Of a DNA stretch of 64,000 nt, positions 1 to 8,909 are shown piece by piece (within the stretch, counting starts at the first letter, position 1; each line of letters begins with the position of its first letter). The position numbers and the translations under genes were made by a program. The stretch covers positions 20,551-84,550 of the forward strand of contig JAGXTA010000046.1 in the NCBI GenBank assembly GCA_018333535.1, given 5' to 3'. The notes under the pieces were generated by a model. It ran no database searches, was not told the origin of the DNA, and was given only the letters and a program-made list of their open reading frames with translations. The stretch is from Deltaproteobacteria bacterium. GTDB lineage: Bacteria; Desulfobacterota; BSN033; UBA1163.

Positions 1-835
1 TCGCCCGATCCTTCTTCTGCTTTCCGCCAGGGCCTGCGGATATCAGGGAGAGGCGCACATCTCCATGGCCAGTTTAATCGAATTCATCCATACCGCCACG
101 CTTCTCCATGACGATGTCGTGGACCGGGCCGAACTCCGGAGGGGAATGGAGTCGGCCAATGCCAAATGGGGAAATGAGGCCTGTGTCCTGGTCGGGGATT
201 TTCTCTTTACAAAATGCTTCTCCCTGCTCGTGGAAAATGGAAATCGAAAAATCCTTCAAACGATTTCCAGGGCGACCACCCTGATGGCAGAAGGAGAACT
301 TGAGGAATTGATTAAAACGAATGACCTTTCCCTGACCCAGGAGGATTACTTTTCCATCATAGCGCGAAAAACAGCGGCGCTCTTCTCTGCCGCCACTCAG
401 GTTGGGGCTATCCTTGGAGAAGCTTCGAAGGAGAAAGAAACGGCTTTAACCCATTTTGGGATGGATCTCGGAATTGCCTTTCAACTGATTGACGACAATC
501 TCGACTACACGTCCAGGGAAGAGGAATTCGGAAAGAAGATTGGGATCGACCTCCAGGATGGAAAGGTCACGCTTCCTCTCATCTATACCCTGAACCACTG
601 CACTGAGAAAGAGTCGGCCATCATCCGTCAGGCCGTCGAATCCGATCCCATGACCAGTGAATCCTTCTCCCAGGTGATAACGATTATTGATAACTATCGT
701 GGTGTAACCTACACCTGGGAAAAGGCGAGAGAATATGTGGCAAGGGCAAAAGGACACCTCCATCATCTTTCCGGCTCAATGGAGAAGGAAGCCCTCCTAA
801 TCCTGGCTGATTATGTGCTGGAGAGAAGGCTGTAG
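1..835 (+). CDS. Polyprenyl diphosphate synthase (trans-isoprenyl diphosphate synthase family), 5'-truncated at the window edge
   Basis: The frame is open from nt 2. Aspartate-rich motifs LLHDDVVD and FQLIDDNLD are present. The length from the first DDxxD is typical of IspB/GGPPS-type enzymes. Confidence 0.85.
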   Translation, partial: RPILLLLSARACGYQGEAHISMASLIEFIHTATLLHDDVVDRAELRRGMESANAKWGNEACVLVGDFLFTKCFSLLVENGNRKILQTISRATTLMAEGELEELIKTNDLSLTQEDYFSIIARKTAALFSAATQVGAILGEASKEKETALTHFGMDLGIAFQLIDDNLDYTSREEEFGKKIGIDLQDGKVTLPLIYTLNHCTEKESAIIRQAVESDPMTSESFSQVITIIDNYRGVTYTWEKAREYVARAKGHLHHLSGSMEKEALLILADYVLERRL

Positions 836-1101
836 ATGAAGAGGGATGAGTCAGTCCTATAGCAATAAGATTATGAGTAAAAGTGACAATAATGTGTTTT
901 ATAACGAGCGCATTTTAAATCCGAAGCACAAAATCCGGGCGAAGCGTCCAGCAGGACCAATTCGAAACAATCTCAAATGGTCCAATATCAAATGTTCAAA
1001 ACGAAAAAAGTTTAAGAAATTTGAATTTTAAGCATTCGAATTTGTTTCGGATTTCGATATTCGAATTTCGAATTTTTTCAATTAAAATAGAGGAGTGAAA
1101 A

Positions 1102-1434
1102 ATGGTGAATGATTCGAGTTTGCTTCATGTAAACGATAAGAATTTTGCCTCGGAAGTCCTTCAGGCCACCGTTCCGGTGTTGGTTGATTTCTGGGCAACC
1201 TGGTGTGGACCCTGCCGTGCCATCAGCCCCATCGTTGAAGAGCTGGCAAAGGAATTTTCAGGCCGGGTCAAAATAACAAAACTCAATGTGGATGAAAACC
1301 CCGCCATACCCGGTCAGTATGGTGTGCGTGGAATACCCACTCTCATCCTCTTCAAAGAGGGAAAGGTTCTTGATCAGATTGTCGGATCCGTCCCTAAGGT
1401 CCGTTTGAAAGCGTTGATCGAAAAAGCCCTGTAA
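1102..1434 (+). CDS. trxA: Thioredoxin
   Basis: 110 aa with the WATWCGPCR active site. RBS GAGGAG lies upstream. Confidence 0.9.
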   Translation: MVNDSSLLHVNDKNFASEVLQATVPVLVDFWATWCGPCRAISPIVEELAKEFSGRVKITKLNVDENPAIPGQYGVRGIPTLILFKEGKVLDQIVGSVPKVRLKALIEKAL

Positions 1435-1435
1435 T

Positions 1436-1600
1436 AAAGGATATCAGGCTACCAGGAAAACAGGAAGCAGGATACCAGAAGCATTAGAATATCAGGTGAC
1501 ATGAAAGGTAAAAGATTCTAAATCTGACACCCTGATATCCTGATTTCCACCACCTGATAGCCCGATTTTCTGATAACCGATGGGCATTGATTCGAATCTT
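1436..1600. repeat. Intergenic ATCAGG...CCTGAT repeat element, copy A
   Basis: The left arm has repeated (N)ATCAGG units. The right arm has repeated CCTGAT units. The same architecture recurs at about 3790-3965 and 11440-11600. Confidence 0.6.
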
Positions 1601-1622
1601 ATATCCGAAAGGTTGAATATTC

Positions 1623-2144
1623 TTGAGACGTTCTAATCTTTTCTTGCCGTTGCTTCTTATCCTGTGCCTGGGATCACTCTTTCCACTCTTCCATTGTGCC
1701 CAAAGAACGAAGGACCCTGCCTCTGCGCCTGACTTCACGCTTAAAACCATCGAAGGTCACGAGGTTGCCCTCTCCGGATTGAGAGGGAAGGTGGTCTTGC
1801 TCGATTTCTGGGCAACCTGGTGCGGACCCTGCAAGGAATCGATCCCCCATCTGATCCAACTCTATAAAAGTTATCAGGACAAGGGATTCGAACTGATCGG
1901 GATGAGTACGGATAAAGCGGGAGACGTGGAGATGGTCCGCCGTTTTGTCAAATCGATGGACATCCCCTATCCCATCATCATGACTCCCGATGAAGTGGCC
2001 AGAAATTACAAAGTGACCGGCCTTCCCACCACTGTTCTGATCGATAAGGAAGGTAAAGTCCGGGAGAAGATCGTTGGATTTAATAGCGCCATCGGCCAAC
2101 AGATTGCAGCGAGGGTCGAAGAACTCACCTCAGAAAAACCCTAA
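1623..2144 (+). CDS. TlpA/ResA-family thiol:disulfide oxidoreductase (thioredoxin-like), secreted
   Basis: N-terminal hydrophobic signal, WATWCGPC motif and a TlpA-like length. The start is TTG in the ORF track, so the exact start is uncertain. Confidence 0.85.
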   Translation: MRRSNLFLPLLLILCLGSLFPLFHCAQRTKDPASAPDFTLKTIEGHEVALSGLRGKVVLLDFWATWCGPCKESIPHLIQLYKSYQDKGFELIGMSTDKAGDVEMVRRFVKSMDIPYPIIMTPDEVARNYKVTGLPTTVLIDKEGKVREKIVGFNSAIGQQIAARVEELTSEKP

Positions 2145-2215
2145 AATAAATCCAAATGATAGATAGTTTTTATCTTCTAATTCATTTGGCATTTGAACTT
2201 TGACATTTGGTATTT

Positions 2216-2809
2216 CTATTTCTTCCCCTTTTCCTGAAACAACTGAAAGTATCCTTCGATTAACTTCTGAGGATCTAAATTGAGCGCACGGGCATAGGCC
2301 TTCAAAAATCCCTTCAGGTAGACCATAGCGGGGAGATGGTCCAGGTCCTCCTCCTCAATCAGCTCCAGGGTCTTCATATTGATCTTCGTTTCAGCGGAGA
2401 CGGCTTTGAGGTCGATCCCCAGCTTCTCGCGGAGCTGTTTCAGCGACCTTCCTCGATAAGTTATCTCTCCGGTCTCCAGCGAAAGGTCCGTAAAAGAGAG
2501 GTCGCTTCTTATCTCCGATGACTTTACGGGTTTCTCCACCTGTTTTTCCCTTGAAGATCTTTCTATCAGATGGGAGTGAGATTGATCATAACTTCTCCGC
2601 AATGCCTCATCCATCAGAACCCTGTAAGCCTCTTCAATGGCCGCCTGTATCTTCCTCATCTCCTCTTCCGAGAAGAGGGAGTAGATGGCCAGTGAATCAG
2701 CATGAAAGGTCTCCCTCGCATGATCATATGCCCGCTGAATTTCTTTTAAGCCGGCATCAGGGCTCACTTCCAAGATTTCATAATAAGTCTGTTCTTCCAT
2801 CCGTTTCAT
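2216..2809 (-). CDS. HTH (RodZ-like HTH_25/XRE) domain protein with a degenerate J-domain-like N-terminus
   Basis: The C-terminal region SLKQLREKLGIDLKAVSAETKINMKTLELIEE...YLKGFLKAYARALNLD resembles the RodZ HTH. The N-terminal YYEILEV...EIQRAY is J-like but lacks HPD. It is adjacent to and co-oriented with a MinD-like ATPase. Confidence 0.55.
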   Translation of the reverse strand: MKRMEEQTYYEILEVSPDAGLKEIQRAYDHARETFHADSLAIYSLFSEEEMRKIQAAIEEAYRVLMDEALRRSYDQSHSHLIERSSREKQVEKPVKSSEIRSDLSFTDLSLETGEITYRGRSLKQLREKLGIDLKAVSAETKINMKTLELIEEEDLDHLPAMVYLKGFLKAYARALNLDPQKLIEGYFQLFQEKGKK

Positions 2810-2820
2810 TTAATGCCCAC

Positions 2821-3750
2821 TTAAATCCCTGGGTTCATTCGGTGGCTGTTCGCTAATCTGGAGGCAATCTCAGTTACGCATTGGGCCGCCTTGGAACGGT
2901 AGTTCTCAAGAACCAACGGCCTTCTTTTCCGTATGGAGTTCCCCACATCCTGATCATAGACGATATAACCCAGATAGTGGAGTTGAATGCCGAAGTACTT
3001 CTGGCATGCGCTTCGAATCGAAAAACCGATCTCAATATCCTTTTTTGACCGAACCTGGTTTAAAATGAGATTGGGGTGAAACGTTGCGGCCTCCTCGACT
3101 ATCTTCAGGGCATCCTCTTCGTTGATACGCCTCACTTCTCTCAGGAGTTCATAAGGGGAGCGGATGCCCGCCTCGTTTTTCTGATCCATAGCTTCGTCAA
3201 TCAGGCTCTTGGCCGAATAGGAGGAAACGGCCTGTCTCAGTCGCCGATAAAAAGCACTTTTTAAAAACCGGTAGGTATTTTCAATGGAGGTTGGTTCGGG
3301 GGTCACCACCAGGATTCCTCCATCCGACATCAAAAAGAAGTCCAGAACGCTCAGGGCGTTGCCTCCACCCAGGTCGACCAGAATATAATCGCTCTCCAGA
3401 CTCTTAATGGATCGAAGGAGCTTCCTTTTCAGGGCGCTCTTCGCATCGGCCGCATTAAGAAGGTCTTGCGCTCCGGTCAGGAGCTGAAGATTGGGTACGC
3501 CGGTGTGGATGAGCGCATCTTTGAGATGGGGAACCCTCTTCTTGATGAAGTCTGAAAGAGAAGTTACGGGCGGTAGAAGGCCCAGAAAGGTGTGGAGGTT
3601 GGCCCCTCCCAGATCGGCATCGATCAGAATGACCCGTGAGCCCAATTTTGAGAGACAGATTCCGATATTGGTGGTGATAAAACTCTTTCCGCTTCCTCCC
3701 TTGCCGCCACCAATCGTCCAGATGACTCTCTGATGTTGATCTCGGGTCAT
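2821..3750 (-). CDS. MinD/ParA-family P-loop ATPase
   Basis: Deviant Walker A GGGKGGSGKS and the MinD/ParA/FlhG-like fold. 309 aa. Confidence 0.8.
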   Translation of the reverse strand: MTRDQHQRVIWTIGGGKGGSGKSFITTNIGICLSKLGSRVILIDADLGGANLHTFLGLLPPVTSLSDFIKKRVPHLKDALIHTGVPNLQLLTGAQDLLNAADAKSALKRKLLRSIKSLESDYILVDLGGGNALSVLDFFLMSDGGILVVTPEPTSIENTYRFLKSAFYRRLRQAVSSYSAKSLIDEAMDQKNEAGIRSPYELLREVRRINEEDALKIVEEAATFHPNLILNQVRSKKDIEIGFSIRSACQKYFGIQLHYLGYIVYDQDVGNSIRKRRPLVLENYRSKAAQCVTEIASRLANSHRMNPGI

Positions 3751-3789
3751 GCTTGCCTAACCTACCATAGCCAGAAGCCAATAAAGGTT

Positions 3790-3965
3790 TGGAATTAAAA
3801 AATTCAGATATCGATTCTGAAAAGGAAATCAGGAGATCAGGGATTCAGGAGGGAGGGTACCAGAACATCAGGGTACCGGAGAGAATCAAAAAAAGAATGA
3901 CTGACCCTGATGTCCTTATATCCTGATACCTGCAACTTGATATCCTGATATTCTGATAACCATGA
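3790..3965. repeat. Intergenic ATCAGG...CCTGAT repeat element, copy B
   Basis: Units aaATCAGG, agATCAGGG, attCAGG, acATCAGGG lead into CCTGATgtcc, atatCCTGATacc, ttgatatCCTGATattCTGATaacc. Confidence 0.6.
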
Positions 3966-4021
3966 AACTTTGCTTCGGATTTAGATCATAATCAATCGCT
4001 AAAAAATTAGAATACTATTGA

Positions 4022-5029
4022 CTACCAAACGCCGTCAATCTTTGCATGGCAATGCAGGCATTCCCCTCCCACCACCTCATTCCTGACAACCCTGAAACCC
4101 ATCCTTTCGATCACCCTTCGTCCACAATGGGGACATAAGGTATCCTCCCCTTCCTGCCCTGGGATATTACCGCAATAAACATATCGAAGCCCTGCCTTCA
4201 TCCCGATCTCCCTTGCCCGGTGAAGGGTTGCCGCTGGAGTTCTCGGAAGGTTGAGCATCTTATACGTGGGATAGAAGGCGGAGAGATGCCATGGAACCTC
4301 CGCCCCCAACGAGAGGATAAACCGGGCGATCTCTTCAAACTCTCTATCAGAATCGTTGAGGGTCGGAATGACGAGCGTGGTGATCTCCACCCAGATCCCC
4401 AACTCTTTCATCAATTTCAGGCTTTCGAGAACGGGCTTGAGCCTCGCTCCGCACACCTCCTTATAAAACTTCTCCTGAGAGCTCTTCAAATCGACATTCG
4501 CCCCATCGAGATAGGGCTGGATCGTTTTCAGAGCCTCCTCCGTCATATAGCCATTGGTGACAAAGACATTCCTGATCCCTTCCTGACTTGCCAGGACCGC
4601 TGTCTCATACGCATATTCAAAGTAAATGGTGGGTTCGGTATAGGTGTAGGAGATGGAACGGCATCGATTCTCCTTTGCGAGAGAAACGATCTTGGATGGC
4701 GGAACTACGGATCCATCAATTCTTTTTCCGTCGATCGGCATCTGGGAGATCTCATGATTCTGGCACTGGAGACAGTGAAAGTTACATCCCACCGTAGCCA
4801 TGGAGAAGGAGGTCGAACCGGGCAGGAGATGAAAAAGAGGCTTCTTCTCAATGGGGTCGACATTTAGGGAGATGGCCTTTCCGAAAACGAGACTGAAGAG
4901 TAGGCCCTCCCTGTTCTCCCTCACCCCGCAGATTCCACTTTTTGAAGGCGGGATGACACATCGATGACTGCAGAGGTGGCACTTGACCTTTCCCTCTTCC
5001 AAGGGACTATAAAGCATGGCCTCCTTCAT
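4022..5029 (-). CDS. AmmeMemoRadiSam-system radical SAM enzyme (AmrS-like)
   Basis: The N-terminal CHLCSHRC, the GICGVREN motif and the CNFHCLQCQNHEIS radical-SAM cluster motif fit pyruvate-formate-lyase-activase-like AmrS. Confidence 0.75.
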   Translation of the reverse strand: MKEAMLYSPLEEGKVKCHLCSHRCVIPPSKSGICGVRENREGLLFSLVFGKAISLNVDPIEKKPLFHLLPGSTSFSMATVGCNFHCLQCQNHEISQMPIDGKRIDGSVVPPSKIVSLAKENRCRSISYTYTEPTIYFEYAYETAVLASQEGIRNVFVTNGYMTEEALKTIQPYLDGANVDLKSSQEKFYKEVCGARLKPVLESLKLMKELGIWVEITTLVIPTLNDSDREFEEIARFILSLGAEVPWHLSAFYPTYKMLNLPRTPAATLHRAREIGMKAGLRYVYCGNIPGQEGEDTLCPHCGRRVIERMGFRVVRNEVVGGECLHCHAKIDGVW

Positions 5030-5077
5030 ATTCCCTTCCTCTGTGCGTGAGCCGTCCCTGCAGGTGAAGGATAAAAC

Positions 5078-6256
5078 CTAAAGATCGAATTTGGGTAACT
5101 GCTGAAGGACATATTTCCGAATGACCTGAGGAGTGGGCAAGTCCTGAACGACCCTTTTATTCTGAATCAGAGGGAGAAGAAGCTCCTGAAAACGCCCTCC
5201 GCATGAACATCGATTTAACCCCTTGGCGGGGAATCTCCCTCTTGGCCGAAGAGGAACCACCCTGTCCTGAAGACATTTGGAGCATCGGAGGACGCTCTTC
5301 GAACCGGACAGCTTTCCCCTCTTCGCTAATGGCTTTCCTTCGATTTCGACGATGTCCATCGCCAGGTCGACGGACCTCGCGTTGGTAATGGAAGTTCCCA
5401 CTCCATAGGCATCCACCACAGGATTCAGGCTTAAGATACGTTTCTCGTCTAATCCCCCACTGACAAATATCTTCACATGACCAAATCCCCTGAGGTTGAG
5501 CTCCCAGCGGATCTCTTCAATAATCTTCCGGAAGTCTCCCCGCCTTGAACTGGGAGTATCGAGTCTGACGGCATAAAGCTTCTTCCCCAGGGCTTCTGCC
5601 ACACGGATGGCCTCTATCTTTTCATCATTGAAGGTATCGATCAGGGAAACCCGCTTTACCTTGGGATCGATCACCTCGTCAAAGGCTTTGGTCGCTTCCA
5701 CTGTATCGCCGATGAGCAGGACCAGGGCATGGGGCATGGTTCCGGAGGGCTCCTCATGGATCATCTCGGCATCCTTGACAACGGCAACACCGTCACATCC
5801 GCCGATAAAAGCATTCCGTTCCACCATTGGCGCAATCGCCGGATGGATTCGTCTCGCCCCGAAACTGATGACCCTCCGGTCTTCCGCCGCCTTTTTACAG
5901 CGGGCTGCCTTGGTGGCTACGCCGGAAGCCTGGCAGAGGAGACCCAGGATCGATGTCTCGAAGAGACCGAATTCCGTATACATCCCTTCGATCTCCATAA
6001 CCGGCTCGTAGGCCCGAAAGATCGTCCCCTCTTTCATGGCCCTCACTTTGACGGGGAGGTCTTTGAGGAGATAGACCGCCTCTTCAATCCCAGCCAGCAC
6101 GGCCCATCCGTATTCCTCAGGAAACCGTTTGGCGATGAATTCAGCCTTGACCCGTTTGTCAATCTTCTTTGCCTTGAGGATCTCCATCGTCCTCGTAAAA
6201 TAGACATCCGTATACTTGCCGGCCTTGATATCCTTTGGATCAGCGATATGAAACAT
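5078..6256 (-). CDS. Nicotinate phosphoribosyltransferase with a C-terminal zinc-ribbon extension
   Basis: The N-terminal MFHIADPKDIKAGKYTDVYFTRT...LKDLPVKVRAMKEGT matches the NAPRTase family. The C-terminal CSKC...CSCG ribbon is an extension. Confidence 0.8.
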   Translation of the reverse strand: MFHIADPKDIKAGKYTDVYFTRTMEILKAKKIDKRVKAEFIAKRFPEEYGWAVLAGIEEAVYLLKDLPVKVRAMKEGTIFRAYEPVMEIEGMYTEFGLFETSILGLLCQASGVATKAARCKKAAEDRRVISFGARRIHPAIAPMVERNAFIGGCDGVAVVKDAEMIHEEPSGTMPHALVLLIGDTVEATKAFDEVIDPKVKRVSLIDTFNDEKIEAIRVAEALGKKLYAVRLDTPSSRRGDFRKIIEEIRWELNLRGFGHVKIFVSGGLDEKRILSLNPVVDAYGVGTSITNARSVDLAMDIVEIEGKPLAKRGKLSGSKSVLRCSKCLQDRVVPLRPRGRFPAKGLNRCSCGGRFQELLLPLIQNKRVVQDLPTPQVIRKYVLQQLPKFDL

Positions 6257-6404
6257 CGTTAATTCTCTATTAATGGAATTAGAATTCCAATCTATATAAC
6301 AGAAATTTCTCGCCCCTGTCTATAAAAATATTCGGCTCCCCTTTTACAATCCCTCCGTCATAGGGATCATTTCATTTCATTGATAGGTGAAGTCGATAGG
6401 CGGG

Positions 6405-6440
6405 ACAGGAATGACCCGCCTATCGGGTGTAATTTATTTT
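6405..6440. other. Perfect 9-bp stem hairpin (ATAGGCGGG...CCCGCCTAT) between two minus-strand genes
   Basis: Seen directly in the sequence. On the plus strand it is followed by a T-rich tract. Confidence 0.4.
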
Positions 6441-6486
6441 ATCAGGAATTTCGTAACCCCCGTAACCACGGACTTGCCATAGTTTC

Positions 6487-8178
6487 TCAAGATCTTTCCC
6501 CGTGCAAAATCTTTCTCTCCCCTTTTCGTATGGGGATCAGAACGGCCGCCGCACAAAGCCCAAGAACCATCGCAAACGAAACAACAATCCACGCCCATTG
6601 AAATGAGGTTAGGCTTTCCTTGCGGACACCTGACATAAAAAGGCTGTAGACAGGGCCTGCTTCGAGAACCACCACCGCCGCAATAAAGCTCATGCAGAGC
6701 GACATATAGATCAACCCCCCCAGGCTGGTTACCGATTGAGTCGGGCTTTCAGGCTTAAAATCAGGGTAGATGGCGCCCAGTCCTATTCCCATCGCCACAA
6801 TCCCGGGAACCATCAAAAAGACCGTAACCACCGAAAGGACCATCATAAAAGGCGTCACATTCAGGAGAATATTGGTGGAAACGATCAATATTTCGGAGAG
6901 AAGAAGAAGGGGAATGAAATAGACAAAGAACTTAATCCAGAGGAAAGTGCGGATCGATAAAGGGGATGATCTCACGATCCAGAAGGCCTCTCCTTCGAGA
7001 CTCACTGCGGGGAAGACAAATCTCACCGCGATGGCGCTCAGGACAAAGGCGGCTAACCCCATATTTAAAAAAGAAAGGAGGTTTTGAAGATAGTCCAGCC
7101 GTAGGGCGCTTCTCTCAAGAGGAAGGACGGAAAAATTGTAGAGGTAGATCACGATCAATCCCATGACCAGAAAGATTTGAGACCACTGGGTCTGGTCGCG
7201 GAAGAAGGTCTTAATCTCCTTTTCGACAAAACCTCTCATGGGCCGGGGAAGATGATTAAGAAGCAAGTCGTATCCGATCCTTCTCCCACCGATAAACGAA
7301 AACATCTTTCCGGCAGAGGTCTGCGACTTTGAAAAACCCTTGAAATAAAAAGCCCCTGATATCCATGTCGAAATAAAAATCAGGCTGAGGGCGCCGCTCC
7401 AGGCGAGGGCCGTATGGAAGAGAGCGCTTTTCCAGGAACCTGAAAGGCTTGCTTTTAATGTGTCGGAGAACCAGGTGGTGGGTAGGATCGGAGAGCTGAG
7501 AGACTCGAGGGTCCTAAGATAGAGGATGAGAGAGGTGAACGATTCCGGATTGACCAATTTCTCCGGTCTGATCAATCGAAAAGAAAGAATTAAAAGGAGA
7601 GCCAGCAAAAGGCCCAGAAAGACAAAGACACTTCGAATTCGTCCTGCTGGCAGAACAATGGCGGCGATCATGACGATGATCGCGCTGAGACTCGAGGCAA
7701 TGAGACAGAAGGGCAGGAGATTGAGGCCTACCATCGCATAATAGAACCCCCCTGCCCTGTAAACGATGGCATAGGAAAGGAAAACAGGAAGGCTGTAGAT
7801 GAGCACCATCCATGAACTGTCGAGAGTCGATTCCATCCAGCGGGCAAGGAACAGCTTCTCCCTGGATACGGGCATCGAATGAACAAGGAAGAGGTCCTTC
7901 GCCAGATAAAGTTTGGCAAGGGAGGTCAGGATGGCGCTGAAGATGAGGAGGGAAAAGAAGGTAATCAGTGTCATGGAGAGAAGTTTGTAAGCAAGAACAT
8001 CACCAAAGCCTTCTATGCTTTGAAAATAGGTGAGAACCCGGTAAAAGAGAACAAACATCCCTCCCCAGAGCGAAAGGCCAATGGCGCCGAAGATCAGCCC
8101 CCGGAGTCTCCGGCTCGACGCCCCCCGGTTTTTAAAAGACAGAAGTCTGGGCCTCAGAAGGATTAGGACTTCTCTCAT
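6487..8178 (-). CDS. ABC transporter permease (large polytopic membrane protein, ABC-2-like exporter component)
   Basis: 563 aa with at least 10 hydrophobic segments. Its stop overlaps the start of the upstream ABC ATPase. Confidence 0.65.
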   Translation of the reverse strand: MREVLILLRPRLLSFKNRGASSRRLRGLIFGAIGLSLWGGMFVLFYRVLTYFQSIEGFGDVLAYKLLSMTLITFFSLLIFSAILTSLAKLYLAKDLFLVHSMPVSREKLFLARWMESTLDSSWMVLIYSLPVFLSYAIVYRAGGFYYAMVGLNLLPFCLIASSLSAIIVMIAAIVLPAGRIRSVFVFLGLLLALLLILSFRLIRPEKLVNPESFTSLILYLRTLESLSSPILPTTWFSDTLKASLSGSWKSALFHTALAWSGALSLIFISTWISGAFYFKGFSKSQTSAGKMFSFIGGRRIGYDLLLNHLPRPMRGFVEKEIKTFFRDQTQWSQIFLVMGLIVIYLYNFSVLPLERSALRLDYLQNLLSFLNMGLAAFVLSAIAVRFVFPAVSLEGEAFWIVRSSPLSIRTFLWIKFFVYFIPLLLLSEILIVSTNILLNVTPFMMVLSVVTVFLMVPGIVAMGIGLGAIYPDFKPESPTQSVTSLGGLIYMSLCMSFIAAVVVLEAGPVYSLFMSGVRKESLTSFQWAWIVVSFAMVLGLCAAAVLIPIRKGERKILHGERS

Positions 8179-8909
8179 GGGAAGGATTCTCCTTCGGTGA
8201 GGATTAGAAAGACTTTCTCAAGATCCCCTTCTTCAACCCGTGCAGAATCTTTCAGATCCTCCACCGTGCCTATCGCGATCAATTTCCCCTTGTGAATGAC
8301 CCCAATCCGGTCACAGACATCCTCTGCCACACTCAGGGTATGGGTTGACATAAATAGGGTCGTCCCTTTCTCTGATAGATCACGAAAAATATTTTTCATC
8401 ATCCGGATACCCGCAGGATCGAGACCGACCATGGGTTCATCGATCACAAGGACTTTTGGATCGTGAAGAAGGGCGGCTGAAATGATCAGCCGTTGTTTCA
8501 TCCCATGAGAATAAGATTCGATCAGTTCGTCTCTCCAATCATAAATGGAGAACTTCGTTAAGAGGGACCCAGATTTCTCTTTGAACAGGCCATCCTCAAC
8601 CCCGAAGAGGTCTGCCGTAAATCTTAAAAATTCCATTCCTGTCAGCTTTTCGTACAGAAAAGGCCTATCAGGGATGTAACCCATCCTCTGCTTTGCCTTC
8701 TCGGGTTGCCCTGCCATATCGATCCCATCGATGGTCACCGAACCCTCTGTGGGCGAAAGAATTCCGCTCATCATTCGAAGGGTGGTTGTCTTACCCGCGC
8801 CATTGGGGCCGATAAAACCGAAAATTTCACCTTCGGATACGGAGAGGTTGATCCGATTGACTGCCGCCAAGCTTCCAAATTTCTTTGTTAGGTTCTTTAA
8901 TTCGATCAT
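8175..8909 (-). CDS. ABC transporter ATP-binding protein
   Basis: Walker A GPNGAGKTT, signature YSHGMKQRL and Walker B LVIDEP. Confidence 0.9.
   Translation of the reverse strand: MIELKNLTKKFGSLAAVNRINLSVSEGEIFGFIGPNGAGKTTTLRMMSGILSPTEGSVTIDGIDMAGQPEKAKQRMGYIPDRPFLYEKLTGMEFLRFTADLFGVEDGLFKEKSGSLLTKFSIYDWRDELIESYSHGMKQRLIISAALLHDPKVLVIDEPMVGLDPAGIRMMKNIFRDLSEKGTTLFMSTHTLSVAEDVCDRIGVIHKGKLIAIGTVEDLKDSARVEEGDLEKVFLILTEGESFP

Noticed and set aside
1674-2099. 141-aa minus-strand ORF entirely inside the TlpA-like gene. The same pattern applies to 4220-4867(+), 5607-6262(+), 6736-7166(+), 9070-9354(+), 36585-37230(-), 37516-38414(-), 49386-49994(-), 51153-51716(-), 52547-52936(-), 55323-55815(-), 57734-58342(-) and 58925-59341(-).
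   Set aside because: These are antisense or overlapping ORFs inside well-supported genes with clear domain signatures on the other strand. They have no RBS and their composition is consistent with shadow ORFs.
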